From Cycas panzhihuaensis (lineage: Eukaryota > Plantae > Cycadophyta), in contig CM041465.1 of NCBI GenBank assembly GCA_023213395.1, positions 60,271,741 through 60,335,740 of the forward strand: DNA of 64,000 nucleotides, in the 5' to 3' direction. Numbering within the stretch: position 1 is the stretch's first letter; every line of letters starts with the position of its first letter. Under the pieces are notes generated by a model. It had not been told where the DNA came from. It saw only the letters and a list, made by a program, of their open reading frames with translations, and searched no databases. Below are positions 57,601 through 64,000 of this stretch, piece by piece. Made by a program: the position numbers and the translations under genes.

Positions 57601-58782
57601 TTGGATTGGGATAAGGAGAGACAAAAAGTGGAGGAACTTAGAAGAACTCCAGAATGAGCGCTTACTTCAGGATGGCCTTAATAAGCTTAAAAGGATTCTT
57701 GATAAATGCTATATTCCTAGGACGGCCATAGTGAACACTATGGTATGGCCTTTAAACCAATCTGGAGAGTACTCTATCAAGCAAGGTTATCTCTTCCTCT
57801 GCACTGAGAGAGGAGACAAAAGGACTGAGACTCTAGAAGGGGTGTGGAAACTGGACCTTATTCCTAAGATTGTAGTCTTTTGGTGGGTGTGCCTCAGGAA
57901 GAAAATTCTTACTCTGGACAATCTTAAGAAGAGAGGCTTCCACACCATAAAATAGGTGCATCTTGTGCTATAGAGCGGAGAAATCCGTAGACCATATTTT
58001 CCTTTGGTGTCCATTCTCAAGAGAGGTTTGGGGGCTTTTGCTGGGCGCCTTGGGGGTGAAGTGGACTTTTTCTGAGAACATTGTGGACCAATGGTCTTAT
58101 TGGCAGAGTCCTTTTAGGAGCAGAGTTTTAAGCAATTTGTGGAAAATGTCAATAATAATAAGATGCATGCACAGATCGGGGAGAATGTCAATAATAATAA
58201 GGATAAACAAATTGCTCTGCGGGAAAACTAGATTATGCAAAATTGGGGGATAAAGCCCACTATTAAGGTAGCTAAGGCAAGATCTAGCTCTTGGACTCCT
58301 CCACAGGAGCTCTAGGTAAAGATTAACTTTGATGGAGCTTCAAAAGGTAACCCTAGGGAGGCAAGGGGCAGAGGTATTTGCAAAGATGCTAAAGGGAATC
58401 CTATATAGGCCTTTTTGCTGACTTCTATGATTATTAGACAAACCATTTTACAGAAATGTCTGTTATGCTCAAGGCCGTTGATCTAGCTCTAGATGGGGGT
58501 CCCAGGAGGCTGGTTATGGAAGGGGACTCCATGATGTTTATAAATTCGTTAATAGGCAAGGCTTCCCTGGACTGGAAATATTAATCTATGGTTAAAGATG
58601 CTAAGGAGAGTTCGAAGGACATGGAGGATGTTCAGTTTCGCCACACATTTAAAGAAGGAAATAAACTGGCTGATTTTTTAGCTAATTAGGGAGTTAGGCA
58701 TTAAAAATTTAACTTCTGGAGGGAGAATTTTCCTGAGGAACTTATGATTTTGGTTGAGAAAGATAGGATTCGTGTTAGCTAG
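54664..58782 (+). pseudogene. L1 ORF2 (AP endonuclease, RT, zf-RVT, RNase H)
   Basis: MKLISWNVR, FLQETK, WLLAGDFN, LDHSPL, KALGPDGF, KIDLSKAFDRV, GLRQGDPLSP, QFVDD, C..C....SVDHIFLWC, KINFDGASKGNP, MEGDS, EGNKLADFLA. Confidence 0.95.
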
Positions 58783-59199
58783 CCATGGGGCTTGTCCTGG
58801 CTTTTTCTTTGCCTAAACCGTGAGGTTGTCATGGTTAATATGACTGGGTTGTTGCCTGACCTTTGATGTACTAGGTTGTGGGATCCTGCATTATAATCTA
58901 ATTCATTTTTACCTTATCAAAAAACAAAAAAAATTTGTTAATTCATCTCAATCTTATTAAAAATCCCTTTATTTATAATGCATAAAACTAGTGTATAAAT
59001 ACAATTCTCGAAAGAATATTTACACCCTAAGGGTCAATACATATAAGGAATGTTGAGTAACCCCTAATGACACACCATTCCCATATTAAAAATAAAAAAT
59101 AAATAATTATAATACATAATCAAGTAGAAGGCTCATAATATGTAGTTATGAGCTAATATAAATATTAATATTCAATAACTTGACCTTAAAGAATGATAA

Positions 59200-61438
59200 A
59201 TATACAAATTATAATTTCTTTCCCTATTGGTTTTATTGATCAACTTGCAATTTCTTATAATTTCTCCTAAAATTCCTTAGTTCACTGCAATAAAATTAGA
59301 GCTTTGGCTATTCTTTTAAGCTCTTCTTTTGATTATTATTCTCTTTTAGATTGTCTTTCTTCTTAGGAATGAATGGTTTCTTCCCTTTGGATTTCATTGA
59401 GAATCCCCTAAAGAATTCTCCTTACAACATTAACCTTCAAAATTTGTTCATATTGTAATAATAATGCTTCTAAGTTTACGAATATAATTTTTCTTTTCTT
59501 TTTTAATGGGAAAAAGATCATAAAAAAAATTCAAACACCTTCGACAAACTCCTTAATATATCTATTATGACATCTTTATCATTAATAGTCTTAGCAACAT
59601 TCTATAATTGATTATAGATCATCTTCAACTGTTGGAGATAATCTATCGCTGAATTAGTCATTCTTCAACTATCTAATTAATTCTTCAAAATCGTGATCCT
59701 TACATTATCCTTTATCTCAAACACTAATGTTATAACCTCCCATAACTCTTTAAGTGTTTACGCCTTGTTTACATTCTTTACCAAGTTCCTAATTATGGAT
59801 AATACGATCCAAGGTAGAATCATTTAGAACTTCAAATTCAACCTTTTCACTAATAGAGGCTATTAGATTTAGACAAGGAACTTTCCATTCAATATATGGC
59901 CATAACCCATTCATCCTTTAGGTACTTCTAAGTACCATAATTTTTATTTGGTACTTCTAAGTACCATAATTTTCACAACCAACTAACTCACCCATTTGGG
60001 GGTTGAACAAGTTTCCCCATAATATGTTTTGTGGAAAAAATAACAAGCAAAACAAAAACACTTTAGAAACATAAGATGAACATTAAATAACTCAAGAACA
60101 TCATACAAAATGATTGTTTTTATTATTTTTTTAATGTTTTAGGTCTTTAGTCATTACGTAGAGTGCCAAAAAATAAAAAAAACATTGGTCGCTGTATAAG
60201 GTGCTAGAAAAATACCATATAACCACTATTGTAAGATAGAAGATATAATTATAAATAGATCTATACACTCAAAATTTAACATGGGTAGTAATATAAGTTA
60301 TAAATGGCCTTAGCTCTATTTCTTTAATATGACAAAGGGGTTTTGTGTTTAGAGCCTTAACATATTTGAAAGTCAGACTTGAAAAATTATATAAAATAGT
60401 TTAATACAATCCAACTTTAGCAAATCAAAAAATATTTATGAGATACCTCTAATTTTAAAAAATTTCTAATAATGGTTGTGATTTCATATGACAAATCGTG
60501 TTTATTAATTAGCCTCCATATGTGAGTTACAGTGTCAATCTTTGACCTTAAATCCCTTGTGATATACCCCTCCACATGCATAAACTCTTCTTGCATTTGT
60601 GCTAGGATGATTTAGATATACTCATGCCATGAGTGCTTTAATAAGCCAGCCCTCTACTTAGCCACACTTTACCTAATATTATGTGTCCTTTATGCATCTT
60701 TACAAGAATGGCCTTATGCAGGCATTTACAATGAGTCTTGACTTTGCTCACTAAGATGTCTCAAATGGCATCTTCACAAAATCCCCTCATAGTGGTATAT
60801 CATCCCACATCAAGCATAGATGGCAAAAATGGCTTATGGAGTGACTTATCTTAATGCATCAACACTTTACCAAAATAGTAATAAATTTGATGTAAGCAAT
60901 TTCTACCCTCTTACTTTTCAATGTTAATATAAAACTTTATCTTTATGCCTTAACTTGACACCTACACAAATTCAAATATACTAACAAAATTATCCCCTAG
61001 GGTTTGAAGACTTCAAGGCAATAAAATTGAAGTTAGTTTTCAAACTCAAACTTCAATAGTGTTCCACCCATAAATTCTTTGAATTTGGCTCTACAACTAG
61101 CTCACAAACCTTTAACTTTGATACCAAATATGAATTTAAAACTAAAATGAATGAGATAAGAACTGTAAAGTAAACAAGTATATATGATAGAACTAGTCTA
61201 CTTTCATTAATTTCCATTCATTATAAATACTCAAATGCTATGTATAAACTCAAAACATACATAAATATAACTCGAGATCAGTAACTACTAATTAAAAACC
61301 TACAGCTACCCTAATATGTGTTATACATCCAATAAGGAAATATATCACTCCCTCAACACGTGTCATCAATTGAGTGATGACCACATGGATTGACCAAAAT
61401 ACCTTAGACCCTAATGGTATAAATATTAATTCTAACAT
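59200..61438 (-). mobile_element. 5' part of a decayed Copia element (LTR about 61129-61438, PBS, leader, gag)
   Basis: PBS CTTTGATACCA 61116-61126. gag-like start at about 60020 (LVGCENYG...GLWPYIE...) continuing to about 59200. Confidence 0.6.
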
Positions 61439-64000
61439 TAGCAACTTGTTGTCATAATTAGAAATAACTTTGCATTTACTTGAAATTTTCTTTGATAAGC
61501 TAGATTTCATTGGATTTTTTTTTGCTTACTATTACATATAATTATTTCAAATAGAAACTCAACGCTAACAATATAAACTAGAATTAAGAATGGCATAATG
61601 TTAATTCTTCTATTATCTTTCATTAAGATAAGAAACCTTAAGATATTTTTATATGTGAGTCATTTTGTATTCGATCAAAATGGAATCCTATATAGAGTAC
61701 ACATTTTATTGTACAATTATATTTCTGATTAATAATAAAGTTTGGTTTACATTTTCTATAAATTTTTTTTTAGCAAAGCCACATGGTCTATTATGTTAAC
61801 TTATGATAAATTCATGAAATACTTAGCCAAATCATTATAGTTTTTACTACATTATTTCTTTTCTCCATTATCATTACAGTCATTTATAATATGCACATGA
61901 TGATATTAGCATATATATCTAATCTGCAAATTAATATTGGTTGAGAATTCCTATGACATCCTTTTAATTATGAAAGGAAATATTGGTTTTGACTATGTTT
62001 TATAGGTAAAGATAGCATGTAACAAGTGTATATAGGGAATTAGTAATTTAATTTTGAGCATTAAAGTTAATTTTGATTAACACATATAATTAGGGATAAT
62101 TAATATTAATTAGTGGTTAATTGCTAAGTTGAATGGTTGTGTCCCTATTTATGAAGGTTTATATCCTTTCATTGATGTTAATAAAGAATATAAGAGAATT
62201 TATTGAAGTAATCATCATTAGAGTCTTTTGCTCCCTAGTTTTGTGACCATTAGAAAACTTTATGCTAAGTTATATGGACTACTTTATCAATGATTAGTTG
62301 GGTCATTACAAGGCTTAGTTATGCCTTATTTTTATCTACATTGACAACTATTTGACTCATAAGCATTCATTGTTGTTTATGTTTAATCCTATAGGCTATA
62401 TTCATTACTTTTACTAGGGTGCTTAAACATGTAACATGATGTCTTCATGATAAAGTTTAAGAAATAATATTTAGAAATATGGTTAATCTTTAAATAATTA
62501 TTCTATTAAATTAATTTTAATCTTTATCCTTGACTTATCCATTACCTTCCATGGGAAAAATCTAATTTCATGGCCATAGAGAGACTAACCACTCTTAACC
62601 TTCTACCTTTACCCATATCTACTTATTTCTTTTTAAACTTATATTCACTTGTCCTTTTACTATGCTTTTTATGCATGTCATACAATGTATTAATGATGAG
62701 TCATGGTAAACATTCTTCTATAATTTATATAAATATATGTGGTGTGATGATGCTTATCAATATGAAGGAAACAACTATAAGATGAAAACTATATAATCAA
62801 GTTTTAAATATGTTTCTTTAAAAACTTGCTCATAATATTTTGATTTTATTTTACAATACTTCATTTTTTTAACATTTCGGATATGTAACATATTTTTTCC
62901 GAAATAAAAATAAGAGCTTCCTTTGAATAAGGGTGATTTTCAAATGATGTTATTAAAATTTCCATCCTTTTAATTCTTTTATAATCCTTTATAATTTTAA
63001 AATATAGTTAATGAAGCTTCTTACCTATGTTGACTTTAATTATAAAGTTAGGCCTTGTTATTATCTATGGTTTGCTTTCCAATATATCATTTTCTCATTA
63101 AGATATACTACTGTCACCATCTTTTCCATAATCAATGCCACCACTCATTAAATTTGACTTGATATTATACTACATCTAATTGAAACAAGATTTAATAATA
63201 CTATATTTTTTTTTCTTCTATAATTTAAATTAATTTATTATCTTACTATTATCTCCCTTACATTGGGTGCTCAAAGGAGGAATGCCACTTACATCAATAA
63301 TCCAAATTATCATTAGATTTCCTCTTATCAATAATTATTTATTTTCTTCTTACATGTGAAATTAAAAAATCATATCACCCTTGCCTTTTAGATCCTTAAA
63401 GGTCAAGAAAGTAAATTTTATCTTTTAATAATAATAATTGTTATTATCATGGATTCATTATATCAAAGAGTAAATTAAACTTGCTAAACCCACTATTCGA
63501 TAAAATGTTCAAGATCTTGTTCACTCCACTCTACCTACTTCTCATTCTTTTTTTTTGTCATTATTCCATCCTTGCAAATGATCATTTTTCCTATTTTTTA
63601 GCTCTCAATCATCATTTTCATAATCTTAATTTCATTCATAATGTAGACATTACACACAACATACACAAGAGGGCTATAAGGGTGTTCAAAGTAAGATTGC
63701 AATCATCAAAAGAGGCTATATCAACAAAATTGTAAACTAGATGTCAAGAATACTAGACAAAGATGAAGATTATACCATTTCAAAATTATCTAGTTTAAAA
63801 TGGCCTTATATGATTCCTAGTTAGAGAAATTATATCTTGACTTTGTTTGAAGGTAATTTGTATTTTCATTACTTTGAATTAATTTTTTCAATAATAAATT
63901 GTCTTAATGACTTAATTTTTATAGGTCTATATAGTAGAAAATTGTGTTTGCATTATAAGAAATCATAAGCTCCCTTGGAAACAAACTTGTAGTTAATAAT

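Larger units (their letters stand above)
52816..58930 (+). mobile_element. Full-length plant L1 LINE (about 6.1 kb) with RNase H
   Basis: 17-bp TSD AAAT[G/T]TGTTAATTCATC at 52799-52815 and 58931-58947, CpG-containing 5' UTR, two ORFs, and 3' end TTTTACCTTATC plus poly(A). Confidence 0.96.
52715..59100 (-). mobile_element. PBS and probable 5' LTR of an older LTR element, split by the L1 insertion
   Basis: CTTTGATACCA (TGGTATCAAAG on minus) at 52715-52725. LTR-like sequence continues either side of the L1 TSD. The right boundary is approximate. Confidence 0.5.

Noticed and set aside
62018-62310. Possible solo LTR (TGTAAC...ATTACA)
   Set aside because: Flanks TAGCA and AGGCT do not form a TSD, and there is no PBS, PPT or second copy.
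63380-63800. Possible old L1 ORF2 remnant (LLNPLFDKMFKIL)
   Set aside because: Only one weak motif, too degraded to support without a search.

Overview
This is gene-free, AT-rich, CpG-depleted plant heterochromatin built almost entirely of nested retrotransposons. No intact host gene, RNA gene or CRISPR array is visible. A Tat-type Gypsy element with its extra RNase H between protease and RT suggests a gymnosperm-like large genome (inference). From left to right the window holds an L1 3' tail, a decayed Tat element, a gag-protease-only Gypsy element carrying a miniature Copia derivative, and an old 1.5-kb tandem duplication. Next come a decayed Copia, a 5.7-kb non-autonomous Copia-derived element with paired LTRs and TSD, a chromovirus, and an Athila/Tat-like element. 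These are followed by a compound (TA)n/(CA)n/(TG)n array split into three blocks by a full-length Copia and a full-length CRM-like Gypsy, a full-length 6.1-kb L1 with a 17-bp TSD, and further Copia remnants. Two things stand out. First, the non-autonomous LTR element at 13984-19720 carries antisense, intronless host-gene fragments (a coiled-coil protein joined to a PPR motif) downstream of a CpG-rich, TATA-containing segment. Second, two unrelated LTR superfamilies of different ages are both inserted exactly within (TA)n. All identities and counts are manual estimates.
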